This document shows positions 44,865 through 57,500 of a stretch of 64,000 bases of DNA, in pieces; positions within the stretch are counted from its first letter, which is position 1; the number at the start of each line of letters is the position of its first letter. Position numbers and translations under genes: made by a program. The notes beneath the pieces were generated by a model, which saw nothing but the letters and a program-made list of their open reading frames with translations, made no database searches and was not told where the DNA came from. Where the stretch lies: contig NW_003526943.1 of NCBI RefSeq assembly GCF_000181795.1, forward strand, positions 8,033,792 through 8,097,791, given 5' to 3'. This stretch comes from Trichinella spiralis (Eukaryota).

Positions 44865-47800
44865 TCACAGTACCCAATCGGCCGGCACCCACTGGGGCTG
44901 ACTTTCGATCTCGGCTACGAGATTCAACAGCTCCAAAACGGCCAGGTCGATGGGACCGTTGACGAGGGTGTGGTCGAAATAGTGGCCGAAATTCGTTTCC
45001 AACTTGTCGCTCTGTTCGATGATCAACTGCAAGTCGTCGTCGGCGAAATCACGCTCGTCGTCGCCACTGAGGCCGGCGCGTTTCCGTCGTCTGGTCGCTT
45101 TGAACGTGCTGAATTCCGGCGGCCGGACGAACACGACATACGGCTTCAACTGGGCACGGCGGAGCAAAACAATCGCCCGAGGATGTGGATTCAATATGCA
45201 AATTCGCCTCTGGCAAATCAACCGCTCGACGCTGTCGAACGTCGTACCGTACAAGTTGCCCTGGAATTCGCCGTACTCGATCAATCGTCGACCCCGGATC
45301 CAGTGTTCCATCTGAACCCGGCTGGTGAAACAGTAGTCGACGCCGTCGGTTTCGCCGGCGCGCGGCGGCCGGCTGGTATACGGTACCGTGGCGGCGAACG
45401 TGTCCGGCCTGCAGGCAAGCAGGCGTCGCTTCAGCTCGCCCCGACCGACGCCCGGCGCGCCGATCAGCACCAACGGTCGTCTGAAGAAGCCGTCCGGCTT
45501 GTACAAAGCTACCGTCTCGTAGGTGTGGATCGTCGCCGTCGCATCGCGGCAGTAGTCGACCACGTCCAACTCGTCGTCTCTCACGTTCACCGGCCCGCCG
45601 CCGTGTCCACTCGCTCGCGCATCGTCAACCACTTTTGTACAGTACCTGAAAATCAGAAATTGAAAAAAACAACAACAACTATTTTTCAATTTTCAAATTT
45701 GTTTGTCCGATTGCACTTTTGTACATGCGATAATTATTATATTATTAGTAAAAAATGATGAACAAGAAAAGGAAATATTAGCGATCAATCAGTTGAGCAG
45801 CATTTTCTATGAAGTGATGTGCGTTCACGTTCTTTTCCCCCAGTGGATCAACAGAAATCAGAATCAAATCATCATCACGTCACGTATCCATAGTGAAAAG
45901 AAATGCAATCAAACAATCAATCCTCGTGACAAGCCGCTTTGAAACAAAAACCATTTTTTTGAAAAAAAATTTACAGAATTCTTAATTTTTTTGCCAACTC
46001 ATCCGAAAAACATCAATCTTACTGTAAGTAAATTGAACACTATCAGCGGGTAGTGGGAGTTAAAATTGAGAAAATCAAACAAAAAATTGCATTATTCCAT
46101 TTTTCAAACCCACTGAACCAGATGCAAAATGAAACTTGCGTAAAAGTGGAATGCACTACAATGCATGTATATGCAATGTATGTATGTATATGCTTTGTTG
46201 CAACTTTTCAGGCAAGTGAAATGAATGATTTTATCGTCCAATTCTACACGCATCAGGGAAAAAATCAATTATCAGTAACCCACTGAAAATTGCCTCCTTG
46301 GCAAAGATATGAACAGTGAAAAAAATTTTTTCCCACAACACTTTCGAGCAACAGCATGTGCAAAATAATAATAAGATTGCAAAAATAAACAAGTAATGCA
46401 ATTTCCTGTACTTCTGTTGTGTACAGAACAAACAGTGTCGATGTTTGGCGCAGAAAGCTATTTTCCCAACGACAAGGTAAAACCGTCATTTCATGCATAC
46501 AAACTGTTGACAGTGTTTGTTCTACATAAGATGGAATATAAAATTATTTATTTTATCCATATTATCATAAACCGAATAAGCACAACAACAACAACAACAG
46601 AAGCAAACAAATTCCACTTTTCTCCCTCTGTTTTGCGTTAAAAATAGAAGTTGAAAATTTTCTACGAAATGTAAAACTTTTTCCTCCAACTGCGCTCCAA
46701 ATTGATCGACGTGAACATAAATCACTCACCATTGACGCAAGCAAATCAAGAAAAAAAAATTAATAATACTAATATTCAAACTTATAATCAACAGGTTGAA
46801 CTTGAAGAAAGAACAAGTATTTCACAAATAAGAGGAAAACAAAATTACTCTTATAAATACAGCTAACTATTCGAATTAAAAACAACACTAATAATAAAAA
46901 CTATATTATGCGTATATTTTTTTTCAAAAACATTCTATTCTATTCTATTCTATTCTATTCTATTATGCATGTATGAATGTATTCGATTAATAATTTTTCA
47001 AATTCATTCAATTTCAACAACTGTTGACCTTGCAAAACAGTGTTGCAATTGTGCATTTCGATCACAATCATTTTCAGTCTGCCAAAATGCAACTATTCTA
47101 AACCTACATTTCAACAGCATTTTGCAAAAAAATTTCCACACAAACTGTTCACAAATTGAAAAATCAAATTTGAAAAAATCAACTTATCGATATTCAATTT
47201 TAACAAAAAAAAATCTGGAAGACAAATTTCAAAGGATGATTTTGAAAATTAATAAAAGATAACACCAAAAATAGCAGGAAGTAATTTTTTGATTTTCAAA
47301 AATTTGGCAATGTGCCAAAAGAATTTGTTTTTGTTCCAACCAATCATCGTCGTCGTCGAATGAACAATTAACCAACTAGGAGCCAAAAATAAAAGCACAC
47401 ACAAATGCGCGCGCCTGGAGCATCAATCAACATCAGCGAAACTTTGTTGCGAAAAGTGGAGGGAAAAAATAAAAGCGCATCGCTGTTGCAATTTGGGCAG
47501 TTGCAATTGCAAAATTATTAAAATCAAGAGAATTGAAAAGTGGCTAATTTCAAATTTGCACTTCTTGAAAAAAAACACAACTCAATCAATCAACTGTGCC
47601 CAATTTACATTCTGTGTGTTATTTATGAACTATATATATTTATTTATTTATTTTTATCGTAAAGAAAAAAAAGTAGATACATTTTTCTGTTGCAACTTTT
47701 ATAACAATAAAATAAAAATAATATATTCTCAACATCTCATAAATTATTGTATGTTATGATGCTAAATTTAAAAAACAAATAAGTCGGCTCAATTAATGGC

Positions 47801-50431
47801 AAACAACAGTTCGTTAATTATTGAAATCTGCTGAATATGAATTTGAGTTGCACTACTTTTTCAAAAAATTTTTCAAGATAATAATCTGAACTCACCTGAC
47901 TTTTCTTGAATTGCTTAAGTTGAGCATGGTGGTGGATCCTTTAGATCGCCTTCGAGTCAAATGACGATTGTGAATTAAATTCTTGCTCGGGATCAAACCC
48001 ACCCGACCATTGATTTCACCTTCAATTTTAGCTTGCCACCAATTTTCATCATTCGTATCGAACAGTCGTAAAATATCGCCCCGTTTAAACGTTAAACTTG
48101 CCTCTGGGCATGGATTCATCTGATCTTCCACTGCACTGTAACTGAACAAAGCTTTCACATGAACCGGCTCATTATCATTAACAATGTCCGATTTCGGTTG
48201 ACTGGTCTGCGGTGATGTTTCAACGGCAGGTATAAGCTTAAAAGAAAAAAAAAGAAAACTGCACAAAAATTAATTTTAAAAAACAATAAAATATGATAAA
48301 TAAATTTTATTTGCAAATAATACTTGTTTCAGTTCATCAATTCCGTTATCTTCATTATCTTACTTTGAAGGTGACAAATTCGTTTGAATTATTCAAAAGA
48401 TTCACAACATCCGATGGTTGTTTCCCGACCACAGAAACGCCATTCACTTCGACAACTTGATCACCAACGTTAATGCATCCACTTCGATCCGCGGCACAGC
48501 CGTGCAAAATGCGAGCAATCAATAACGCACCTGTACGTTCATCTAACTGAAGCATCAATAATTAGTTGAACAATTCATTTCAATAAACTTAATTAAAAAT
48601 ATTAATAACAATATTAACACTTATCAACTCCATAATGAAATGCAATTCTCAATTCAAAATTAAACATTCATAATATGTAAAAATATTAAATATTCTTATT
48701 TTTCAAAATTACCACGTACACAACTGCATAATTTATCACTTGATCTTGAACATCAAATACTATACCTTTTTCAACTTCATACCAAAAACAATAAGAATCA
48801 GTTTTAATATTACGTTACACATAAATCTGCAGTGTTTTTATAATAAATCATCTCTGTAATAACACAGTGTTATCTTTTCTCCAATCAGAGCATCATGCTT
48901 AAACTTTACAACTGAAATAAACTGTTTATGTGAATATTTCCATCTTATTTAAATTTCAAAATGTTCAGAAATACTACTCAACCAGTTACACATATTGTAC
49001 ATCACCCATTACTGAAATAACTTATCGCCTACACAACATTCGCATAAATCCCTTTTTTCTGCATAATTATGCAGCCAAATCGAAACGTATTTCCCAGCAG
49101 ATACTTAATAGGAACACTTTACAAATGTCATTTTACAGAAAATAAAACATCTAGTGTACATTTTATATAAAAAGTTTGCACCTTAATAATAAGTGCATAA
49201 AATAATTTCACGATACTTTCAAATTACAAAAATAATAACAGTGGGAGTCATGAAACAAGTGAAATAGAATTAACTATTGAGCTAATGAAGTAAACGAATT
49301 CCTCTATATGTTCTAAGAAAAAATCAATAATTGGAGGTCAATCGGATAAGCTGAAAATCAATTCGTGCCCTGCCCAGTGACACGACAGTGTGCAATGGTG
49401 AAATGGCGAGCGAAATAAGTTCAGTTGATTGAATATGAACTTGAAACAGAAATTTAACAATTTATCAGTTTCAAAAATAATTTTTTATCCTATACAGCTG
49501 ATCAACAATGTCACAGAATGACGTACGAAATGTCGTCAAAGTGAGACAACATAATTAAATACTCCAAACAGACAGACACACCCTTGAATTTGATAAATTT
49601 CGTTCAAGGCAAACAGGATTAACCTGCCAACCGCAAATCTACGACTACAAAAGCTAAAAGAAGATTAATCAAAAACAACGACCAAAATGTAAATGTAAAA
49701 TTCTGTCAGAAAAGTCAAATCTGTCATTAACCAATCAATGACTTTATCAACGAACTGTCTTAGGAAAAATTCCACATTTTCCTGCAATACATTTATTATC
49801 CATACAATAATGAAAAAAAAATTAAAAATACTACTGAAAAATAAACAGTAAAAAACAGCTAATTTGTATATTAAAAAATAAATTAATAATGATAGTTTGA
49901 TTTTGAAAAATGGAATTGTACCTTCAACGTAGCCCCAAGTGGTTCGTTGTTTTTGATCAGTCGAACAATTTTCACTGCCATTCCTTCATCCTCGTCCACC
50001 TCGTGCGGCACATCCGGAAGGTTGGGACCGTAATGCCTGTGCAAGATCCGATCCAAAATGGTGAACAGCGCCTTCATGTGCGGCTTGCTGAACAGATGAA
50101 CTAATTCAACCACGGCTGGCGCTGTAGTACTGTTGGTGCGGACCAGTCGCCGTAAACTCGACAACGATTGGTCAAAATTTGAAAAAACACAGCCCAGAGA
50201 ATGGCGCAACATTCGAGCCCGCATTGCGGCCACAGCTTTCTGTATGCTTTGTACCATCGTTTGCAAGCTGGCAAAATCGTGGCCATTTGGTTCACTTCCT
50301 TGCGTTGCGTTTTCCACCGATACGCAACTTTGGCTGGTGTTTTCAAAAATCAAATGATAAAATTGGTAAAATGATTCCGAGACGTCGGACCATTGAACCG
50401 ATTCCTCTTCCAAAGATGGACAACTTCGCAT
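44865..50431 (-). CDS. MPP7: MAGUK p55 subfamily, MPP7-like (L27-PDZ-SH3-GuK); N-terminus uncertain
   Basis: Exons 50431-49922 (L27 ELVHLFSKPHMKALF, VKIVRLIKNNEPLGAT), 48546-48364 (PDZ TGALLIARILHGCAADRSG), 48236-47896 (SH3 VKALFSY...WWQAK...GLIPSK) and 45645-44865 (GuK RPLVLIGAPGVGRGELK...QWVPADW); phases compatible. Confidence 0.85.
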
Positions 50432-52485
50432 CGTCGATAGCCAACCCGTTAACCTTTCTCAACAGCAACATACTTACCGTATGACTCATCAAACCTGGAA
50501 GTCTTTATTGTTTCCAAATTCTATTACTCATCACGTATACAAATCACATTTTGTATCACTTTTGCAAAGTAAACTTGATTTTTACATTGCATTAATTGCA
50601 AAATTTATACTTAATTTGTTAATTTTCATTCTTGCCACTTTTTCAGATGTTCAATTTTGTTCATCAATTTCTCCTTATTTAATGTTGAAATTAATTTTTA
50701 TCAATATTACATTTGTTTTTGTAATTGCAAACATCTGCAAAACAAAATGCAAACACAACCTTATCATTACTACTAGCATCAAAGATGTGACGTAGTAAAA
50801 ACAGTTCAGTAAGTGATGTAAAATGTGTTGTCATAATGCAGACGACCTGCTATTAAACATTTCATATTTGCAATATAATTTTGAAAATAATACATTTTAC
50901 AAGGAAGTACATATCAACACTGATTATTTGTGACAAGAAAACCACATTTATAGCCTTCGACTATAATTCTGTTTTTACTGTAATATCAGAAACTGCTTTT
51001 GGAAACATAAAAACACATCACAAAATTAGTTACGCAAAAAAATAATGGAAAAATCTAATAAAAACAAAGTGTAAATATTCAGTTTTATCAGTATCACAGA
51101 TCACAATTTTAGTTGTTGTAGCATTGATTAGCATCAGTTCATTTATTCTTTTTGTAAAATATTAACAAAAACACTGTTCATTAGATTTGGTTTGATTTGA
51201 TACAATTATACTGCTGGATGTTTGACTGCAAACCTACCTGATTACCCTAAGATTACAGTAAGATATTCATATATTGACAGTAAGATAGTTCTAAATTAAA
51301 AGAATTAAATAAAATACTGACAGTTTTGTATATTTCAGAATTTATTATAGGGATAATATTTTATAATTGAAAATTATGTAAAAAAGATATATGTTGTCAA
51401 TAATTAGTTCTTCCATCTGAATAAAGAAATGCATAGCACTGCGCATTATAGTTATACATGAAAATCATATATCGTAACAATTCTACAGTATTATGTGTAC
51501 GTCTTGTTACACGTGTAGGCACAGCAGTTATCGTGTGTTCAAAGTAAGATTTATTCTCTGTTTCCTTTTTCATTATAATAACAGTGTGTTTCCATTTTTT
51601 TCAGGTTTGAAGCAGAACAGCGACTCTAAATGTTATTTTATTTGGGCAGGCTGCTGTTCTTTAAAGATGAAAATTCCTGAAACTTGAAATCATCTTTTAT
51701 TCATAACATCAGCGTGTGATTATAACAATATGAAGAACAGAATGGTGTCCTTGTTGCACTGAACACTAAGCACAATTATCAGTTGGAAGCTGCAAGATAA
51801 ATGGTTGGAAAATGAAAATGGCGATGCTATTCCAGCTTTTAATATAGTTGCAGACTTTGAAAATGACAGTTGGATTATAATAAAAAAAGAAGTATAGCTG
51901 GTTTCATATAATTGAATTAGTTCAACGATAAATCAGTGGCATTTCTTCGCTTTCGTCGAGAATATCTCCAGTCTCATCCATCCGCATATTTTTGTCATTG
52001 CTAGCACAGTACGAAGAGGCCATCAGAGATTAAAGAAAATTATAAAGATGGAAAAAGAGAAGAGAGAAAGAAAAGCAACGTCAGTCGCATAATGATGGAC
52101 AGATAAAGTTTTACATATTTTACACGAAGACTAGTTTTACAGTTTTATTTTCTTCAAAAGGCGCATTGCGCGTATTCTGCAGGGATCATGCATAGGTATC
52201 GCGTTTTTAGACGCGAGAAAGTACAATCCCATCCTCTTGGACAGCTAGTTGTCAGATGGATATTTACCGCAATGGGGCCCGTCCTGGAACCAATGTCAGT
52301 TGAAAATCAATAACAAAGACGATTCTTTTTCCTGCTTTTGCTTCCCTACTATACAAAGTACATGAAATTTTCTGTTAGCTAGATTTAAGATTTTGTTTCG
52401 AAGTGAAAATTCAACCGACTAAGCGGATGAAATCACTGGCAGATGCGTCTGCTTCCTGAGCAACAACCAGCTGGGGGTAAGGTAC

Positions 52486-52614
52486 TGTGACGGTGCTACA
52501 AATGGCGAGCTTGACAGGATCGTTGGTCCGGAATGGGTTAGGCTTCCTGATGTGCTCACCAGGTCGTCCAATGTGGAGACGAGACGAAGAGGGGGGCAGT
52601 GTGACGGCGCTACA
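52486..52614 (+). mobile_element. Ultra-miniature LTR-retrotransposon derivative: 15-bp LTR, PBS, short internal region, PPT, 15-bp LTR
   Basis: Direct repeats TGTGACGGTGCTACA (52486-52500) and TGTGACGGCGCTACA (52600-52614); AA then PBS TGGCGAGCTTGACAGGA (52503-52519); purine tract GAGACGAAGAGGGGGGCAG (52581-52599) abutting the second repeat; flanks GTAC/CTAC. Confidence 0.7.
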
Positions 52615-53885
52615 CTACGTTGGAAGGTGAAATTGAAAGATCACTGAAGAAATTTACTGGAACCACTACGAATGTGAAATGTTCGTTTGTTAAACACTGA
52701 AAACAATTACTGAGCATCACGTCTAAATTCAACATCATTTATCTGCTCTAACTTTTATCAGTGCTGAATATCTATTGATATTATCAGTCCTTGTTTTGTA
52801 ATTATTCCAATATGAAAATAGAGTTTTACTTATTTACTTTGCCAGTTGATTCTAATTAAAGTAAAAGTTATAAATTTATTTCACTGTTACGATTCAGTTT
52901 TGCTTCATTTGCTTGTGCTTTTTTGATAACCTTTTTATGTTACATTTCATTTTTTATTGTGAAACTAGTGCAATTAATGTGACTTCAATAATTAGTCATT
53001 TGAAATAATGGCGGGCACAACAATGGAAGCAAGAACCGGTGCTGTATTGGAACGGTGCCGTTTTCAGATAAATCTGTCTCGCTTAAATGCGCTTTGACGG
53101 TTCAGAAAAAGAAAATTTTGGTTGGAAAATCTATCAACTAATTACACTTCTGCTAATGTTTTATTTTATTAAATTGTTTTTAATACTACCTAAATGTTTG
53201 AAGATATCAATCCGAATGACTACATATGCGTATGGACCATTTGAAACAAAAGTAGAAAGGAAACACTAGTTAAATGCTTCGGCATCTTAATAGTAAATAG
53301 GGTTGTCAGAAATATATAACTACTGAGGTGAATTTATTGCTAAAATGCCGACAAACATTAACAGCAGTTCAATATTTGGTTTAAAATTAAAATTTAAGAA
53401 AAATAAGTGATACCAAAAAATAATAATGTTCTATTTAAATCGAAGCGCTAAAGTTTTATTAGTAAACTACGTATTAAGAATTCCAGCACCAAAAGTGAAC
53501 AATTAAACCTTCATACTGTTAATTGTTACAGTAAGCTCATGATTATGTTTCAGAATGCTTGTTTAAGTGATTAACTTCTGTTCACAGTTGTTCAATGGAT
53601 TGAATTTTTTGAAAAATAGGTTGATAATAATTGAAATATTTTTCAATACAACGTTTATATTGGTAAGTGTGTGTGATTATGGTGTAGTTTTATTATATAG
53701 CATGGGCTGATGTGGTATTTGTGATTATTTTCACTTTATGTGTTGGTTTAGAGTAAACTGACATTGGTAATTATTTGTATGTGTTAATTTTTCATTTATA
53801 TCTGTATTTGTTTTTTTATTGTTTTTACGTTTATGCTGTGCATAAACTGAAAGTAGTGTAATGAATTTTTGTCTTGGATTAGGCA

Positions 53886-54539
53886 ATGAACATTTTTGGG
53901 AAGAACAGAAGTAATGATCAGAAAGAATTAGCGCGTAATGTGTGTCGAAAAATAACGCACGAAATGCGTGCTATTGATCGTCAAGTGAATCAAATCAAGC
54001 GGGAAGAGGCGAAAGTGAGGAAGGCGATTAAAGTCGCTGCCGAAAAGAATGAAAAGGAAGCTTGTAAAATATTGGCCAAAGAGATTGTTAATTCTCGAAA
54101 AGCAGTTGCGAAAATGTACCAGACAAAAGCGCATCTGAATTCGGTTTGTCTTTTTGTGAAAAATCAGGCTGCATCGGTGAATATGATTCAGTCGGTTGAG
54201 AAAAGTGCCAACGTAATGAAAAGCTTACAGTACTTGGTAAATTTACCCGAGAGTGCAGCGTCCATGAGAAACTTGAGCAAAGAAATGATGAAAGCGGGTA
54301 TCATTGAAGAGATTATGGAAGAAGCCATAGATAATGCGACTCAATCTGAAACGGACGACGACGATATTCAAGCCGAAATTGAAAAAATTGTAAACGAAGT
54401 CACCCTAGATCCGTTGAAAAATGCTCCTTCTGCAGCATCTCACGAGTTGGAATCGCTCACCACTTCCACTGCTGAAGAAGAGGAAATTGAAGAGGATTTA
54501 GACGCAATGCGTGCTCGTTTAGAGGCCTTGAAAAGTTGA
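53886..54539 (+). CDS. CHMP3: ESCRT-III subunit CHMP3/VPS24, single coding exon (217 aa)
   Basis: MNIFGK...EMRAIDRQVNQIKREE, CKILAKEIVNSRKAVAKMYQTKAHLNSV, LSKEMMKAGIIEEIM, C-terminal MIM1 DAMRARLEALKS. Confidence 0.95.
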   Translation: MNIFGKNRSNDQKELARNVCRKITHEMRAIDRQVNQIKREEAKVRKAIKVAAEKNEKEACKILAKEIVNSRKAVAKMYQTKAHLNSVCLFVKNQAASVNMIQSVEKSANVMKSLQYLVNLPESAASMRNLSKEMMKAGIIEEIMEEAIDNATQSETDDDDIQAEIEKIVNEVTLDPLKNAPSAASHELESLTTSTAEEEEIEEDLDAMRARLEALKS

Positions 54540-57500
54540 CGTTCTGTTTTCATTTCTGTATTGTAAGTGCGATTGGTCAAGATTACGGTTTCATAGTTCT
54601 GTGAAGTTTTTTTTCAGATTCGATGCTTTTTCAAGAAATTCTTTTTTAATAATAAATCTGCTTTTTGAGTATGCTTGTTTTAAGGAGACATTTGCAATGT
54701 GTTGCAATCGCTTACATTTAATATTTATTAGTAATTAAGAATAGCAATAATTTTTGACAAATTTAGGATGCACGTTCAAAAAGATGAACTTACTCACTTT
54801 AAGTAAAATTCCATATTTTAAACCATTCCAATAAATGTTTCATAATGAAGTGGATTTTTGTAGGTTTTTCTTAATTTCACTTTATTACCATTCAAAGTAC
54901 ATTTCTTTTTCTATCACGACAATAAAAATCGAAGGAAATGGTGATGTAGAGGATGTTAAAAGCAAATTATTAGTAAAAGGAAATAAATATCCACGTGAAA
55001 TTCCAGATTTTAAAAAAGGCTATTGCATTTTGTATTTATAAATTCTGAGCAAAATGACAAGCATGTGATAAATTTGGCTTTGACAACTTTATTATAAATG
55101 CCGATGTTTGTTATATATGCTATTATTATTATTATTATTGCGTTTTAATTTTCAAAATATGTGACAGTGATTTACTGAAGAAAGTATATGATAAATGTTT
55201 CAATATAGAAAAAATTTTTAAGCTTTGAAGTTATGTTTAAATTGTGTTTTTTTCATTAATTAAATTTATGTAATTGTTGTCAAAGTATTTATCAACTGAA
55301 CTATGCATAATTTAATAATAATAAAATGTTAATGGGCAAAAGTCGGTCAAAAATGTAAAAGGATATCCTCTAAAGCAGATGCGTGCAGCATTATATTTTT
55401 ATATGCAAATTTCAGCATTTATTTAATAAATAAGTTCTTTTACATTCGGAGAACTTGTTCAAAGAACATAAACCACTACCTCAATGATGCATTGTGCAAA
55501 AATGAAAGTTTAGAAAAAAAATTAAAGTCATTTTTACAAAATATTAGTTATATAATTGTATTGCATTTCTGAAACCTGCATGTTTGTGTTTTGAATCACA
55601 AACTGAACAAATATGCCTTATTATTAATAATTAATCTGATAAACCGAAATGCACAATTTTTTTCATTTGTTGTTTATCATTTTATGCAGATAAAAAATGT
55701 CAACATGACATACGATTGAGTAGCAGATGAAATTGGAAAAATTTTTTTTGCATCTTTATATGTACTATACTATTTCAAATTTTATCAATTTTATTTGTTT
55801 TATTAAGCTAAAATTATTTATAGTTGTGTTAATGTTTTCATTTTTGATACTAATAAAGGTTGTTGTTTACTTTTTGAAAGAATTAAAAAAGAATAGCTAC
55901 TGATTTGAATACTGAATGAATAATGAATGCATATTCAGACTGGTCGTAATTATTCAAATTTAAAAATACATAAAAGTATATATCGTCTATGTCGTTTGGA
56001 AAAAAAATTTAATTCATAAACTGAACAGTGAATGTACAAAAAAAATACTATTACATTCTTTGAAATTTGAATAATTCATAACTGCGAGTGAATAATAAAA
56101 TTTAAGAAGCTTTGTATTTAGTTATGAATGATTGGATAATAGAGGTTGATTTTGCAAAAATGATAAGTCAGTTTTTGAGCAGTTATTCAATATGGGTTTT
56201 CTAGTTTTACAATTTCGAATTGTTACAATTTGCCATTTGTCAGAAAATGAGAACAGAAGATGGTAATTGGAAGAGGTGGTTTAATGATTCCGGATTGTTA
56301 TTATTAATAAAATACAATATTGTATTGCAAAGAAAAATATTGTCAAGGTCAAAAATTGTTTAGCAAAATTGAACAATAATTTATTAAATAAAAATGAATG
56401 CTGCAATTTTGTTTGCTTTTTTCTCTATCATTTTATACGTTTCATTTGCATATTTTAGTCAACGAACGTATTTTAAGAAGCTATGTATATTAGAATCAAT
56501 CGTAAGCTTCGCATTTTATCAGATTCGTTTCTTTTTTAATAACTGAAATGTAAATCATGAATGCATTTTCCCATGTGGAACATTTGCAATTGTTGAAATT
56601 TTTTTTCAACTTTTCTCAATTTTGATAAAATTATTCAGTTCTGATATGAATTAAAATTGCAAATTTCAACCGTTGTTATGCAAATACGAACATCCGTTTT
56701 ACTGATACGACAGTAAGCTGTTGTTCAGTAGTATTAATTATTGTTCAGTATACAATATTCCACTGTGAATAAAAATTTCATGGTTTCGTTTAAACTGTTA
56801 ATATCTTCCTACCCCTCTCGTTCTCTGCATCGTGTGTGTGTGTGTATGTGTATGTTGCAAAGAGAATTTGTATTTAATAAAATCAATAGCAAACAGTGAC
56901 TTTGTTCACATTTGCTGACGTGAATGTGGCAATGTGAATCCACACCCATTAATACCATCATCGGCCGTCTACCGGATCAATCAAGCTCAGCTAACATCAC
57001 TGGTGGTGCTAGTCACCTTGTGCTACTGTGCACTGCTGTTTCATTTCTGCAACAACGAAGCTATTGAACGTCGATTCAATTTCCACTTTTCATTATCCCT
57101 GACTACTACATTTTTTTCTACGTAAGCTTTTAAATTGTTTATTTTTTGTAAAGCATCTATTCTTTGCTTAATATTTTCAATGGAATATTCAAAATAAATT
57201 GCTTACACAACATATTTTATTCTTAAATCGTAAGAAATTTTTTTGAAAAGAAATTATTTCTCTCGAAATTGATCCATTTTCTTTTTAAAATTCATAATCT
57301 ATTGATGCAATCAAAATATGTTGTTAATTTTTGTTATTAATTTGGATTAATATTCGTTACTTTTCAAATTTTAATTGTAAGTATATTGAAATCGATTTCG
57401 ATCCTTTTATAACTTTTCAACAAAAGAATTATTCAATTATACACAGCTGCAGTTGTTACAGAATCTGTTGTAATGTTGAATTTTTTATTTTGGGTACTTG

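Noticed and set aside
44970..45758. 262-aa plus-strand ORF
   Set aside because: Antisense shadow of the GC-rich GuK exon; no recognisable motif.
51606..51665. Hairpin as pre-miRNA or SECIS
   Set aside because: Only an 8-bp perfect stem with a large internal loop; no AUGA/GA quartet and no upstream selenoprotein.
52175..52235. Hammerhead ribozyme
   Set aside because: A hairpin followed by GAAA is present, but the CUGANGA core is absent.
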